From an uncultured Bacteroidota bacterium (lineage in GTDB: Bacteria; Bacteroidota; Bacteroidia; Bacteroidales; WCHB1-69): DNA of 64,000 bases. The position numbers and the translations under genes are program-made. The stretch covers positions 4,687 to 68,686 of the forward strand of contig CACXUB010000001.1 of assembly GCA_902770735.1 (NCBI GenBank), in the 5' to 3' direction. The notes under the pieces were generated by a model. That model did no database searches. It saw only the letters and a list, made by a program, of their open reading frames with translations, and was not told where the DNA came from. Shown here one piece after another: positions 8,016-18,261 of the stretch. The first letter of the stretch is position 1. Each line of letters starts with the position of its first letter.

Positions 8016-10874
8016 ATGATAATTAAAGACGATTTTACGTGCAGACACAACGGTCCTGCCGTGAGCGAACAACAGAAAATGTTAGATGTCATCGGCGTCA
8101 AGACGATGGACGAACTGATTGAGAAGACGGTTCCCGCCGCCATCCGCCTGCCGAAGCCGCTGGATCTTCCCGACGGCATGACCGAGGGTGAATACCTCAA
8201 CCACATTCACGCTCTGATGGCGAAGAACAAAATCTACCGCTCCTACATCGGTATGGGTACCTACAACACCTACACCCCTGCGGTGATCCTGCGCAACATT
8301 TTCGAGAATCCGGGTTGGTACACCTCCTACACCCCGTACCAGGCGGAGATTTCCCAAGGCCGTATCGAGGCTTTGCTGAACTACCAGACGATGATCAGCA
8401 GCCTGACCGCCATGCCGCTGGCCAACGCTTCCATGCTGGACGACGCCACCGCTGCCGGTGAGATGATGCTGATGTTCTTCCGCAGCCGCAGCCGCGAGCA
8501 ACAGAAGAACAACGTGGTGAAATACTTCGTCGCTGAAGGTGTTTTCCCGCACTCCATCGGTGTGATGAAGACCAACGCGGCTCCTCACGGCATCGAAATC
8601 GTGATCGGCAAACCCGACCAGGTGGAGCTCGACGAGACCTTCTTCGGCGCGATGATCCAGTACCCGAACTACTGGGGCGGTATCCACGACTACAGCGCAT
8701 GGGTCGAGAAAGCGCACGCCAAGAACATCTTCGTGGGCGTGGCCACCGACCTGCTGGCTCTGACACTGCTCACGCCTCCGGGCGAGTGGGGCGCTGACTG
8801 CGTGGTCGGCTCCACCCAGCGTTTCGGTATCCCGATGGGCTACGGCAGCCCCGCCGCCGGCTTCTACGCTTGCCGCGAGAGTTTCCTGCGCCAGATGCCC
8901 GGCCGTATCATCGGCGTCACCGTCGATGCACAGGGCAACCGCGCCGTCCGCATGGCCTTGCAGACCCGCGAGCAGCACATCAAACGCGAGCGCGCAACCT
9001 CCAACATCTGCACCGCCAGCGCCCTCACCGCCATTATGGCCGGCTTCTACGGCATGTGGCACGGTGCCGAGGGTTTGAAGAACAAAGCCGTGAAAATCAA
9101 CGTGTTGGCTGGCGTTCTCGCCGAAGAAGCAGCCAAATACGGCTTCAAACAGTATAACGAAAACTACTTCGACACCCTCTGCCTCGAAACGCCCGAAGGC
9201 ATCACCTGCGAGGACGTGAAGAAGGTGGCCCTGTCGAAGGAGATCAACCTCTGCTACCACTGCGAGCGTTGCTTCACGATTTCGTTGGACGAGACCGTCA
9301 CCCACGACGATGTCAACGACATCCTCGAAGTGCTGGCCATCGCCGCCGGCAAGCCGTTCACCCCGCACGTGTGCGACGGCAGATGCGGCATCCCCGACCT
9401 GCACATTCCTGCCGAACTGACCCGTAAGAGCCCGTTCATGCAGCACAAAATCTTCAACCAGTATCACTCCGAAACTGAGATGATGCGTTACATGAAGATG
9501 CTGGAAGTCAAGGATTTGTCGCTGAACCGCGCCATGATTCCGCTGGGTTCCTGCACCATGAAGCTCAACGCCGCCGCCGAGATGCTGCCGCTGAGCTGGG
9601 CAGAAGTCTGCAACATCCACCCGTACGCTCCCGCCGACCAGGCCGAGGGCTTCAAGGAGATGTTGGATGAGGTCTGCAACTGGCTGGCCAAGATCACCGG
9701 GTTCGCCGCTATCTCCCTGCAGCCGAACTCCGGCGCCGCGGGTGAGTATGCCGGCATGACCGTCATCCGCAACTATCACCTCAGCCGTGGCGAGGGTCAC
9801 CGCAACATCTGCCTGATCCCGTCTTCCGCACACGGCACCAACCCCGCATCTTCTGCCAAGGCCGGCAACAAGATCGTGGTGGTGAAGGCTACGGAGCACG
9901 GCGAGGTCGATATCGACGACCTGCGTGCGAAAGCTGAACAATACAAAGACAACCTCTCCTGCTTGATGATCACCTATCCTTCCACGCACGGCGTGTTTGA
10001 GGAGGGCATCCTCGAAATCATCAAGATCATCCACGAGAACGGCGGTCTAGTCTATATGGACGGTGCCAACATGAACGCCCAGGTGGGTCTGACCTCTCCG
10101 GGCACCATGGGCGCCGATGTCTGTCACCTCAACCTGCACAAGACCTTCGCCATGCCTCACGGCGGTGGCGGTCCTGGCGTTGGCCCGATCGGCGTGTGCG
10201 AGAAGCTCGTTCCGTTCCTCCCGAACCACGCTACCGTGAAGGTCGGCGGTGAGCAGGGCAGCCAGGTGGCCACGGCTCCTTACGGCAGCGCCTACCTGAT
10301 CCCGATCACCTACGGTTATCTGAAGATGCTGGGCGGCAAGGGTTTGACGGAAGTCACCAAGACGGCCATCCTGAACGCCAACTACATGCGTGCAAGATTG
10401 GAGAAGGATTACAAGATCCTCTACACGGGCACCAACGGCATGTGCGCCCACGAGATGATCCTCGACTGCAACGAGTTCGACAAACATGCGGGCGTGCAAG
10501 TCGGCGACATCGCCAAGAGACTGATGGACTATGGTTTCCACGCTCCCACGGTGGCCTTCCCGGTGCACGGCACCTTGATGGTGGAACCCACTGAGAGCGA
10601 ACCGCTGAGCGAGCTCGACCGTTTCTGCGACGCGATGATCGCCATCCGTCAAGAGATCCGCGACATCGAAGAAGGCAAGGCCGACCAGGCCAACAACCTC
10701 ATCAAGAACGCCCCGCACAGCATGAACGTGGTCTGCGCCGACACGTGGGATCGTCCCTACACCCGTCAGCAGGCTGCCTTCCCGCTGCCGCACACCGAGA
10801 AGTACTGGCCGACCGTCGGCAAGATCGACGACGCTTACGGCGATAGAAATCTCGTTTGCGTGCTGAGCGAGTAG
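8016..10874 (+). CDS. gcvP: Glycine dehydrogenase (decarboxylating), fused P-protein
   Basis: About 950 aa. ORF trimmed to MIIKDDFTCRHNGP. PLP-lysine region HLNLHKTFAMPHGGGGPG. Confidence 0.93.
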   Translation: MIIKDDFTCRHNGPAVSEQQKMLDVIGVKTMDELIEKTVPAAIRLPKPLDLPDGMTEGEYLNHIHALMAKNKIYRSYIGMGTYNTYTPAVILRNIFENPGWYTSYTPYQAEISQGRIEALLNYQTMISSLTAMPLANASMLDDATAAGEMMLMFFRSRSREQQKNNVVKYFVAEGVFPHSIGVMKTNAAPHGIEIVIGKPDQVELDETFFGAMIQYPNYWGGIHDYSAWVEKAHAKNIFVGVATDLLALTLLTPPGEWGADCVVGSTQRFGIPMGYGSPAAGFYACRESFLRQMPGRIIGVTVDAQGNRAVRMALQTREQHIKRERATSNICTASALTAIMAGFYGMWHGAEGLKNKAVKINVLAGVLAEEAAKYGFKQYNENYFDTLCLETPEGITCEDVKKVALSKEINLCYHCERCFTISLDETVTHDDVNDILEVLAIAAGKPFTPHVCDGRCGIPDLHIPAELTRKSPFMQHKIFNQYHSETEMMRYMKMLEVKDLSLNRAMIPLGSCTMKLNAAAEMLPLSWAEVCNIHPYAPADQAEGFKEMLDEVCNWLAKITGFAAISLQPNSGAAGEYAGMTVIRNYHLSRGEGHRNICLIPSSAHGTNPASSAKAGNKIVVVKATEHGEVDIDDLRAKAEQYKDNLSCLMITYPSTHGVFEEGILEIIKIIHENGGLVYMDGANMNAQVGLTSPGTMGADVCHLNLHKTFAMPHGGGGPGVGPIGVCEKLVPFLPNHATVKVGGEQGSQVATAPYGSAYLIPITYGYLKMLGGKGLTEVTKTAILNANYMRARLEKDYKILYTGTNGMCAHEMILDCNEFDKHAGVQVGDIAKRLMDYGFHAPTVAFPVHGTLMVEPTESEPLSELDRFCDAMIAIRQEIRDIEEGKADQANNLIKNAPHSMNVVCADTWDRPYTRQQAAFPLPHTEKYWPTVGKIDDAYGDRNLVCVLSE

Positions 10875-10900
10875 GAGATTCTTTGGATACGATAATGAAC

Positions 10901-10937
10901 AGCGGGGAGGACGAAGGTTCTCCCCGCTTTATTTTTC
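10901..10937 (+). terminator. Intrinsic terminator after gcvP
   Basis: Stem agcggggag / ctccccgct followed by ttatttttc. Confidence 0.7.
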
Positions 10938-11019
10938 TGCGAAAATCCGCGAGTTCTGCGTTTTTAACATTTTCCTTTCTATGCAAAAATGCCGATGCGT
11001 TTATGTTTGGAAAAAATTG

Positions 11020-11027
11020 TACTTTTG
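11020..11027 (+). promoter_or_regulatory. -7 promoter box (TACTTTTG) for the RND operon
   Basis: Lies about 67 nt upstream of ATG 11094. Confidence 0.5.
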
Positions 11028-11093
11028 CTTTTTTATTTTCAGCGTTATTTTACAATAAGATAATCTAATAAAACAGTACAAAAACATAGTAAT

Positions 11094-12212
11094 ATGAAAA
11101 TGTTAAAATGGTTGTGCTTTTTCGGCATCATGGCCGGATTGGTGTCTTGCGGGGTGGATGTGCCCAAGGAAACGAAAACTTCGTACGAGACGATAGTTGT
11201 GGAAAAACAGGACATCTCGGTGCCCGTGAAGTTCAGCGCGAAGCTGAAAGGGCAATCTGACGTGACCATCTCGCCACAGGTGAGCGGTCAGCTGATGAAA
11301 ATCTGCGTGAGCGAAGGTCAGCAGGTGAAGAAAGGCACGACGCTGTTCGTCATCGACTCCCGCAACGCACAGCTGGAACTGGAGGCCGCGCAGGCGAACC
11401 TGCAGGCCGCCGAGGCATCGGCGAGAAGCGCGAAATTGGAGTACGAGTCAAACAAGAACCTGTTTGAAAAGAATATCGTGAGCCGCTACATGCTCGACAA
11501 TTCGGAAAATTCCTACAATCAGGCGCAAGCGGCTGTGAGCCAAGCACGTGCAGCCGTGAGCCGTGCCAAAGTAAATCTGGGCTTCTGTACCATCACCTCA
11601 CCCGTGGAAGGTGTCATCGGTGAGATCCCCGTTACGGAAGGCATTCAGGTGACACCGGGCACCCAACTCACCATTGTCAGCGGCAACACGATGATGGACG
11701 CCCTCTTCTCCATACCTGAGTCTGTGCTGGAGCAGGCCGTTGCCAGCGGCTACGAGGGGAAGATAGAGGATGCGCTGAAAAAATTTCCGGACGTGACCTT
11801 CGTGATGAAGAACGGCACGGAATATCCGCACAAGGGACGTGTTTCCAGCGCCACCGGTGTGGTGAACGCCTCTACGGGTACCATCGCCTGCAAGGCCACC
11901 TTCCCCAACCCCGATGGCCAGCTGTACAGCGGTATCCAGGGCACTATCATTCTGCCTGCCGACAAGAAGGACGTGATGGTAATTCCGCAAACCGCCGTGG
12001 TACGTCTGCAGGACAAGTCGCTGGTCTATAAGGTAAAGCCGGACAGCACCGCCACCGCCGTCGCCGTGACATATTCGGATGCCGGCAACGGTAAGGACTT
12101 CATCATCACGAGCGGCCTGGAAGTCGGCGACAAGATTGTGACCGTTGGAGCGAATAACGTGCAAGAAGGCGAACAAGTTTTGTTCTCCGCAGCACCGAAA
12201 ACCGAAAAATAA
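11094..12212 (+). CDS. RND efflux periplasmic adaptor (membrane fusion protein)
   Basis: Lipoprotein signal ...GLVSCG. HlyD/AcrA-like coiled-coil and barrel regions. First gene of a 3-gene operon. Confidence 0.88.
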   Translation: MKMLKWLCFFGIMAGLVSCGVDVPKETKTSYETIVVEKQDISVPVKFSAKLKGQSDVTISPQVSGQLMKICVSEGQQVKKGTTLFVIDSRNAQLELEAAQANLQAAEASARSAKLEYESNKNLFEKNIVSRYMLDNSENSYNQAQAAVSQARAAVSRAKVNLGFCTITSPVEGVIGEIPVTEGIQVTPGTQLTIVSGNTMMDALFSIPESVLEQAVASGYEGKIEDALKKFPDVTFVMKNGTEYPHKGRVSSATGVVNASTGTIACKATFPNPDGQLYSGIQGTIILPADKKDVMVIPQTAVVRLQDKSLVYKVKPDSTATAVAVTYSDAGNGKDFIITSGLEVGDKIVTVGANNVQEGEQVLFSAAPKTEK

Positions 12213-12215
12213 GCC

Positions 12216-15200
12216 ATGAAGGGAAACATTTTCATCAACAGACATGTGATGGCATGCGCTATTGCGATTGTCATCATGCTGGTGGGCTTTATCTGCATCA
12301 CCTCGCTGCCCATCGAGCAATACCCGAACATCGCCCCGCCGACAGTGCGCGTCTCGACATCCTACACCGGTGCTGACGCGAACACCATTATGAAGTCGGT
12401 GGTGCAACCGTTGGAGGAGAACATCAACGGCGTGCCCGGTATGACCTACATCACCAGTTCGGCATCCTCCTCGGGTGATGTTTCCATCCAGGTCTATTTC
12501 GAGCAGGGCACCGATCCCGACCTCGCCGCAGTGAACGTGCAGAACCGTGTCAGCAGGGCTACGGCATTGCTGCCCGCGGAAGTCACGAAGGTGGGCGTGC
12601 AGGTGATGAAGCAACAGAGCAACATCCTGCACATCGGCGCGCTGAAGAGCGTTGACGGCAAGTACGACGCCGACTTCATCGCCAACTACATCGACATCAA
12701 CGTGCGTCCCCACCTGATGCGTATCACCGGCGTGGGCGACGTGATGGCGCTCGGTAACACCTACGCCCTGCGCATTTGGCTGAAACCCGATGTGATGGCA
12801 CAATATGGGCTGGAACCGAACGACGTGTTCGCGGCCATCGGCGGACAGAGCTTCGTCGCCGCCACGGGTTCGTTGGGCGAACAGAGCGAAAACGCCTACC
12901 AATACTCGTTGGAGTACAAGGGCACGCTCAAAACCGTCGAGGAGTTCAACGACATCGTGTTGCGCACGAGCGACGGCGGACACTTGCTGCATCTGAGCGA
13001 CGTGGCGGATGTGGAGATCGGCGCTGTGAGCTATAACTTTACCTCCAATATCGACGGCAAACCTGGCACCATCTACATGGTGTTCCAGGCCCCTGGCGCC
13101 AACGCCACGGAAGTGAACGCCCGGATCAACAAACTTTACGAAGAGCTGCAGCCGACGATGCCCGCTGGTCTGGAGTTCGAGATATTGGAAACTTCGGATG
13201 ACTTCCTCTTCGCCGCTATCCACAATGTGGTGGAGACGCTCATCATCGCCATCCTCCTCGTCATCCTTGTGGTTTACTTCTTCCTGCAAAGCTTCAAAGC
13301 GACGATTATCCCCTCTGTTTCGATTATCGTGTCGCTGTTGGGCACCTTCGCCGTCGTGAAGGTGGCAGGTTTCTCCCTGAACATCTTGACGCTATTCGCC
13401 TTGGTGCTCGCCATCGGAACGGTGGTGGATGACGCCATCGTCGTGGTCGAAGCGGTGATGGCGAAGATGGAGGGCGGCATATCGGACGCCCGAGAAGCCA
13501 CGCGCCAGGCCATGAGCGATGTCTCCATAGCGGTCATCTCGTGTACGCTGGTCTTCATGGCCGTGTTTATCCCCGTGGCCTTTATGCCCGGCACCTCGGG
13601 TTCGTTCTTCCTGCAGTTCGGTGTCACGCTGGCATCGGCCGTAGGTTTGTCGTGCGTTTCTGCTCTGACACTCTGTCCGGCCTTGTGCGGCCTGATGATG
13701 CGTTACTCGAAGGATGAACAGGAGAAGAAAAATCTGAACTACTATGTGAAAAAGGCCTATACGGTCAGTTATAACGCCATCCTCAACAAATACAAATCAG
13801 GTGTCGCCAAGTTCATCAAGCGTCCGTGGGTTGCGGGCGTGCTGTTGGCCTGTGCCGCCGTGCTGCTCATCCTGTCCATGCGCGGTCTGCCGTCAGGTCT
13901 TGTGCCGCAGGAAGACCAAGGCGTGTTCTTCGCCGAGGTCCGTGCGCCGGAAGGCTGCACCCTGCATGAGACGGAGGAGATTGTGAAGAAAGTGGAGGAA
14001 AAGGTGAAGAAAATTCCCGAGCTGGAAAGTTACGCTGTGATCAACGGTTACGGTATGATGGCCGGCCGTTCGGGCAGTTGCTACGCCACGCTCATCATCC
14101 GCCTGAAAAACTGGGACGACCGCCCGGGCATGAACCACAATATCATGCTCGTCTATGGTCGTTTCGCCATGGACTGCAAGGACATCAAGAACGCCAAGGT
14201 CATCCCCTTCCAGATGCCGCAGGTGCCAGGCTACGGTTCGAACAGCAGCGTGAACCTGGTGTTGGAGGATATGCAGGACCGCCCGATGTCGGAATTCAAC
14301 GCCGACGCCACCAAGTTCCTCGCCAAGCTGAACGAGCGACCGGAGATCATGGCGGCGATGTCCACCTACTCCGAGCGTTTCCCGAAGTATGATGTCAGCG
14401 TCGATGCGGCGCAGTGCGACCGCGCCGGTGTGTCGCCCGCGGCCGTGCTCAAGACGCTCGGTGCCTACTGCGGCGGCTCGTATGTGGGCAACTTCAACCA
14501 GTTCGGCAAGGTGTATCGCATCATGGCGAACGCTGCGCCGGAATATCGCCTCGACCCGTCCGCGCTGAACAACATCTTCGTCCGCGTGCGTGGCGGCAAG
14601 ATGGCTCCCATCTCGGAGTTCGTCACGCTGAAAGAAATCGTCGGTTCCGCCTCCGTCGATCATTTCAACCTGTACCAAAGCATCACTTGCGGTGTGATGA
14701 CCGCCAGCGGATTTTCGGAGGGCGATGCCCACGAGGCCATTGCTGAGGTGTTCAAAGAGGAGATGCCCGCCGGCTATGGCTACGAATACGGCGGCATGTC
14801 GCGCGAAGTGGAGGAGGCCGCCGGCTCGAACGCCACCGTTCTCATCTACGTCATCTGTGTCATTCTCATCTACCTCATCTTAGCTTCGCTCTACAACTCC
14901 TGGTTCACGCCATGGGCCGTGTTGCTTTCCGTACCCTTCGGTTTGTTGGGTTCGTTCGGTGTCGTGTGGCTCGTTTCAAGACTGCACCTGCCGGGCATGG
15001 AGAACAACATCTACCTGCAGACGGGTGTCATCATGCTCATCGGTCTGTTGGCGAAAACCGCCATCCTCATCACCGAGTTTGCCTCGGAGCGCCGCGCACA
15101 GGGCCTCAGTATCCGCGATGCCGCCTTCGCCGCCTGCGAAGAGCGTCTGCGTCCTATCTTGATGACTGTCGTCACGATGATTGCGGGTATGATTCCGCTT

Positions 15201-15491
15201 ATCATCGCCGGCGGTGCGGGCGCCAACGGCAACCGCGTGCTCGCCCTCGGCGTCACCGCCGGTATGGCCGTCGGCACGCTGGCACTGGTCTTCGTCGTCC
15301 CCGCCTTCTTCATCGTCTTCCAGAACCTGCACGAGAAAGTTCACGGAGTGCCGGTAGCGGTGGAGTCCGGTGAAGTTGCGGTTCCTGAGACGATGCCTGA
15401 GATGGCAGCAGAAGAAAAAACGGAAATGAAGGAGATCGGCGAGAGCGAAAAGATAGAAGGAAAGGATAACGAAAACAAGTCAGAACAATGA
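12216..15491 (+). CDS. RND efflux permease (AcrB/MexB family)
   Basis: 1091 aa with 12-TM architecture and typical AcrB N-terminus FINRHVMA..AI. Starts 4 nt after the adaptor stop. Confidence 0.92.
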   Translation: MKGNIFINRHVMACAIAIVIMLVGFICITSLPIEQYPNIAPPTVRVSTSYTGADANTIMKSVVQPLEENINGVPGMTYITSSASSSGDVSIQVYFEQGTDPDLAAVNVQNRVSRATALLPAEVTKVGVQVMKQQSNILHIGALKSVDGKYDADFIANYIDINVRPHLMRITGVGDVMALGNTYALRIWLKPDVMAQYGLEPNDVFAAIGGQSFVAATGSLGEQSENAYQYSLEYKGTLKTVEEFNDIVLRTSDGGHLLHLSDVADVEIGAVSYNFTSNIDGKPGTIYMVFQAPGANATEVNARINKLYEELQPTMPAGLEFEILETSDDFLFAAIHNVVETLIIAILLVILVVYFFLQSFKATIIPSVSIIVSLLGTFAVVKVAGFSLNILTLFALVLAIGTVVDDAIVVVEAVMAKMEGGISDAREATRQAMSDVSIAVISCTLVFMAVFIPVAFMPGTSGSFFLQFGVTLASAVGLSCVSALTLCPALCGLMMRYSKDEQEKKNLNYYVKKAYTVSYNAILNKYKSGVAKFIKRPWVAGVLLACAAVLLILSMRGLPSGLVPQEDQGVFFAEVRAPEGCTLHETEEIVKKVEEKVKKIPELESYAVINGYGMMAGRSGSCYATLIIRLKNWDDRPGMNHNIMLVYGRFAMDCKDIKNAKVIPFQMPQVPGYGSNSSVNLVLEDMQDRPMSEFNADATKFLAKLNERPEIMAAMSTYSERFPKYDVSVDAAQCDRAGVSPAAVLKTLGAYCGGSYVGNFNQFGKVYRIMANAAPEYRLDPSALNNIFVRVRGGKMAPISEFVTLKEIVGSASVDHFNLYQSITCGVMTASGFSEGDAHEAIAEVFKEEMPAGYGYEYGGMSREVEEAAGSNATVLIYVICVILIYLILASLYNSWFTPWAVLLSVPFGLLGSFGVVWLVSRLHLPGMENNIYLQTGVIMLIGLLAKTAILITEFASERRAQGLSIRDAAFAACEERLRPILMTVVTMIAGMIPLIIAGGAGANGNRVLALGVTAGMAVGTLALVFVVPAFFIVFQNLHEKVHGVPVAVESGEVAVPETMPEMAAEEKTEMKEIGESEKIEGKDNENKSEQ

Positions 15492-16867
15492 AAAGAGTAA
15501 CCATTTTCATCGCCGTCAGCGTATTGTGTCTTGCGTTCGCAGGCTGCGGCATATATAACAAATACACTTCGAAATCGGAAATCTCCCCGGATGCTTTTGG
15601 GGTGACGGAAGATGTGAAAGCTGCGCAGGGCGAGAATTCCATCGCGGAACTGTCATGGCGTGAGTTCTTCACGGACCCGCTGTTGCAGCAGCTCATCGAC
15701 TCCGTTCTGGCCCGCAACACCGACTTCAACTCAGCCCGTATTGCCGTGGAGCAGGCGCAGGCCTCCCTGAAAGCCACGAAGTTGGGCTACCTGCCATCCG
15801 TCACGTTTGGCCCATCCGGCTCGGTGTCGAGTTTCAACTTCAGTTCTGCCAGCTGGACCTACAATTTACCGTTGCAGCTGGATTGGAATCTGGACTTTTT
15901 CGCGGTCAACACCAACCAAAAGCGCAAGGCACAGGCCGTTCTTGCGCAAGCCGAGGCGCGGAAGCAGGTGGTTCAAGCCAACCTCATCTCCGCCGTGGCG
16001 CAACAGTATTGCATGTTGCAGCTTTTAGACCGCCAATTGGAAATTCTGCTCTCCACCGACAGCTTGTGGAACGCCTCTTTGGAGACGCAGCGGGCACTTT
16101 GGGAGAATGGCAAGGCATATTCCACTTCAGTCAATCAGATGGAATCCTCCTATCTGAATGTCAAGACGCAGATTATCGATGTGAGACGCAGCATCCGAAG
16201 CGTGGAAAACGCTATCTGTCAGTTACTTGCCATTACCCCTCAGCATATCAACCGCAATCGTTGGAACAACTACGAGTTGCCGCAGCGGTTAAGCACGGGT
16301 GTGCCGGCGCAATTGCTCGAGAACCGTCCCGACATCCAGATGGCGGATCATCTGCTGGAAGAGGCGTTTTATAACACGCAGGCCGCCCGTGCCGCGTTTT
16401 ATCCGAAGGTTTCATTGCAGGGCATCATCGGCTGGACCAACAATGGCGGCAGTGTGACGGTGAATCCCGGTGCCATGTTGCTCAACGCCGTGCTCTCCCT
16501 CATGCAGCCCGTCTTCGCCCAAGGCAAATTGAAAGCCAACCTCAAAATCAGCAAGTTATCGCAAGAAGACATCGCCCAGCAGTATGTGCAGACCGTCATC
16601 AACGCTGGCAATCAGGTGAACGAGGCGTTGGCCGACTGCCAAGCCGCCCGCGATAAAGATGTGTACTACAAGCGTCAGATTGTGGTTTTGCAGGATGCTT
16701 ACGTGGGCACGCACGAGTTGATGGACAACGGCAAGGCCAGCTATTTGGAGGTTTTGACCGCACAGGAAGGTCTCCTCAGCGCGCAGATTAGCGAAGCCAC
16801 GAACCTCTACAACGGCGCCCGCGCCATCATCGCCCTCTATATCGCATTGGGCGGGGGGACGAAATAG
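15488..16867 (+). CDS. Outer-membrane efflux lipoprotein (TolC/NodT family)
   Basis: ATGA overlap with the permease. Lipobox AFAGCG and two TolC-type repeats. Confidence 0.88.
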   Translation: MKRVTIFIAVSVLCLAFAGCGIYNKYTSKSEISPDAFGVTEDVKAAQGENSIAELSWREFFTDPLLQQLIDSVLARNTDFNSARIAVEQAQASLKATKLGYLPSVTFGPSGSVSSFNFSSASWTYNLPLQLDWNLDFFAVNTNQKRKAQAVLAQAEARKQVVQANLISAVAQQYCMLQLLDRQLEILLSTDSLWNASLETQRALWENGKAYSTSVNQMESSYLNVKTQIIDVRRSIRSVENAICQLLAITPQHINRNRWNNYELPQRLSTGVPAQLLENRPDIQMADHLLEEAFYNTQAARAAFYPKVSLQGIIGWTNNGGSVTVNPGAMLLNAVLSLMQPVFAQGKLKANLKISKLSQEDIAQQYVQTVINAGNQVNEALADCQAARDKDVYYKRQIVVLQDAYVGTHELMDNGKASYLEVLTAQEGLLSAQISEATNLYNGARAIIALYIALGGGTK

Positions 16868-16884
16868 GCAAACGCGGTATTATC

Positions 16885-17679
16885 TTACTGTTTTTTCACG
16901 CTGAAAACATCCCTCCCGTTTTCGCGCAGCACCTCCTGCGCCTCGCGGTTCTGCATGATGCTGCCGCCGAAGATATTGAAATCGAAAATGTAAGGGTTTG
17001 AGAACCAGGCGTTCACGTTCATCTGCAGGGTGAGCTCGGCGGTTTCTTTGTGGATGACCGCGAACTGCTCCAACGGCAGCGTCACGGTAAAGTTGTTGTC
17101 GGCGAAACCACTGTCGGTGGCGATTTTGCCCGAATGCAGGTTGAAGGGCTGCCGCACGCCGGAGCCATCGATCCAGCGACCGTTGATCTTCATGTAATGG
17201 TAGCCACCGCCGAGGATGTCGGGCCAGCTCATGTTGTTCTCCGGCGGATTCGGGAAAAAGCCGGTGGCGTTCTGTGCCCCCTCCAACCCGAACACAAACG
17301 TGATGGATTTGTACTCGTCGGCGGGCAAGAGGTCCGAGATGCTCCACGAAAGCGTTTTTGGAATACGGATGTCGGTGTAGTGAATCCCTTGATTATCGGC
17401 AATTTCCACTATCTCGCCGGAGGTGGTTTCCAACTTCACATGCGAAATGAAAAACTGCACGTCGTTGACTTCATACAAATTCCCTGCGGCATTCCGATAC
17501 ATGCAAGTATCCAACCGCAGGGAATCATTATCAACGACAAAAGAAAAATTCAGTTTGAGATGACCTGTTGGAGTACGCGTGCAGGCACAACACAGCAGAA
17601 CCAACGCTGCATGCAAAAACTTTCTGCTAACTCGGGAAAGCCCGCTCACGCTTAGATTTCGTCTATCGACATTGTACAT
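16885..17679 (-). CDS. MbnP-like lipoprotein (putative metal-binding protein family)
   Basis: Lipobox LLCCAC. The pattern LKLNFSFVV...YRNAAGNLYEVNDVQFFISHVKL...GGGYHYMKINGRW...NAWF resembles Bacteroidota MbnP-family proteins. No MbnH-like peroxidase is adjacent. Confidence 0.5.
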   Translation of the reverse strand: MYNVDRRNLSVSGLSRVSRKFLHAALVLLCCACTRTPTGHLKLNFSFVVDNDSLRLDTCMYRNAAGNLYEVNDVQFFISHVKLETTSGEIVEIADNQGIHYTDIRIPKTLSWSISDLLPADEYKSITFVFGLEGAQNATGFFPNPPENNMSWPDILGGGYHYMKINGRWIDGSGVRQPFNLHSGKIATDSGFADNNFTVTLPLEQFAVIHKETAELTLQMNVNAWFSNPYIFDFNIFGGSIMQNREAQEVLRENGRDVFSVKKQ

Positions 17680-17702
17680 TGTACATTATACATTATACAT
17701 TG
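17668..17702. repeat. Heptamer tandem array (TACATTR)x5 overlapping the start codon of the MbnP-like gene
   Basis: gacattg tacattg tacatta tacatta tacattg. On the minus strand each unit carries an ATG. Confidence 0.9.
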
Positions 17703-17706
17703 AAAA

Positions 17707-18261
17707 TCACCATTCGTCCACGAACTCCTCAGCCGGCTGCATGCCCTCCTCCAGCGATTCGATGAGCTTCTGCATCTCCTCGTCGATTTGGGAAAGGTAG
17801 CCGTACATGCTGGGGGTCCAGCCGGAGGCGGAGGTGTCGAACCAGACTTCGATAGGTGCGGAGCCGGTGGCCTTCTCCTTGAAATCGGTGATGGTGTAGC
17901 GGTAGCGGTTGTCGCGACACTCGAGCTTGAAGTTGTAATAGACAATGTTCTTGAAACGCATGGTGCCCTCTTTGTCCTTGTAGAAAATACGGACACTGGA
18001 GCGCATGTTGATGACGCATTTCTCCGGATCGGCGCTCTTGATGACCTCCCCCGTGTTCTTATAATATTTCTTTGCCCATTCCATGGCTCTGTCGTACAGG
18101 ACTTTAGGTGTTCCTTCCTGTTTCACGACATCTTGGTATGTCACCAGGTTGGTGCGTTCATCGATGGGAAGATAAGGAGGATCTGGTATCGTTTCGGTTT
18201 TTTGGGCGAGTGCGGCTATGCAGGTGAAAACGGCCGCCAGGATAATGATGATTTTTTTCAT
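17707..18261 (-). CDS. DUF4468-like exported protein
   Basis: ORF trimmed to MKKIIIILAAVFTCIAALAQ. The body (...YQDVVKQEGTPKVLYDRAMEWAKKYY...) resembles DUF4468. Its start overlaps the folA stop by 4 nt. Confidence 0.5.
   Translation of the reverse strand: MKKIIIILAAVFTCIAALAQKTETIPDPPYLPIDERTNLVTYQDVVKQEGTPKVLYDRAMEWAKKYYKNTGEVIKSADPEKCVINMRSSVRIFYKDKEGTMRFKNIVYYNFKLECRDNRYRYTITDFKEKATGSAPIEVWFDTSASGWTPSMYGYLSQIDEEMQKLIESLEEGMQPAEEFVDEW

Noticed and set aside
8082-10034. Very long antisense or shadow ORFs opposite real genes. Examples: 8082..10034 (650 aa), 26766..29396 (876 aa), 11598..13289 (563 aa), 4973..6079, 24083..25189, 40581..41615, 60328..61368 and 62681..63751.
   Set aside because: Each lies opposite a gene with unmistakable homology (gcvP, nrdJ, the RND pump, prfA, pnp and others). 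Their translations are low-complexity and rich in Arg/Gly/Ala/Val/His, as expected from stop-poor antisense frames of GC-rich coding DNA. None has a TAnnTTTG box.
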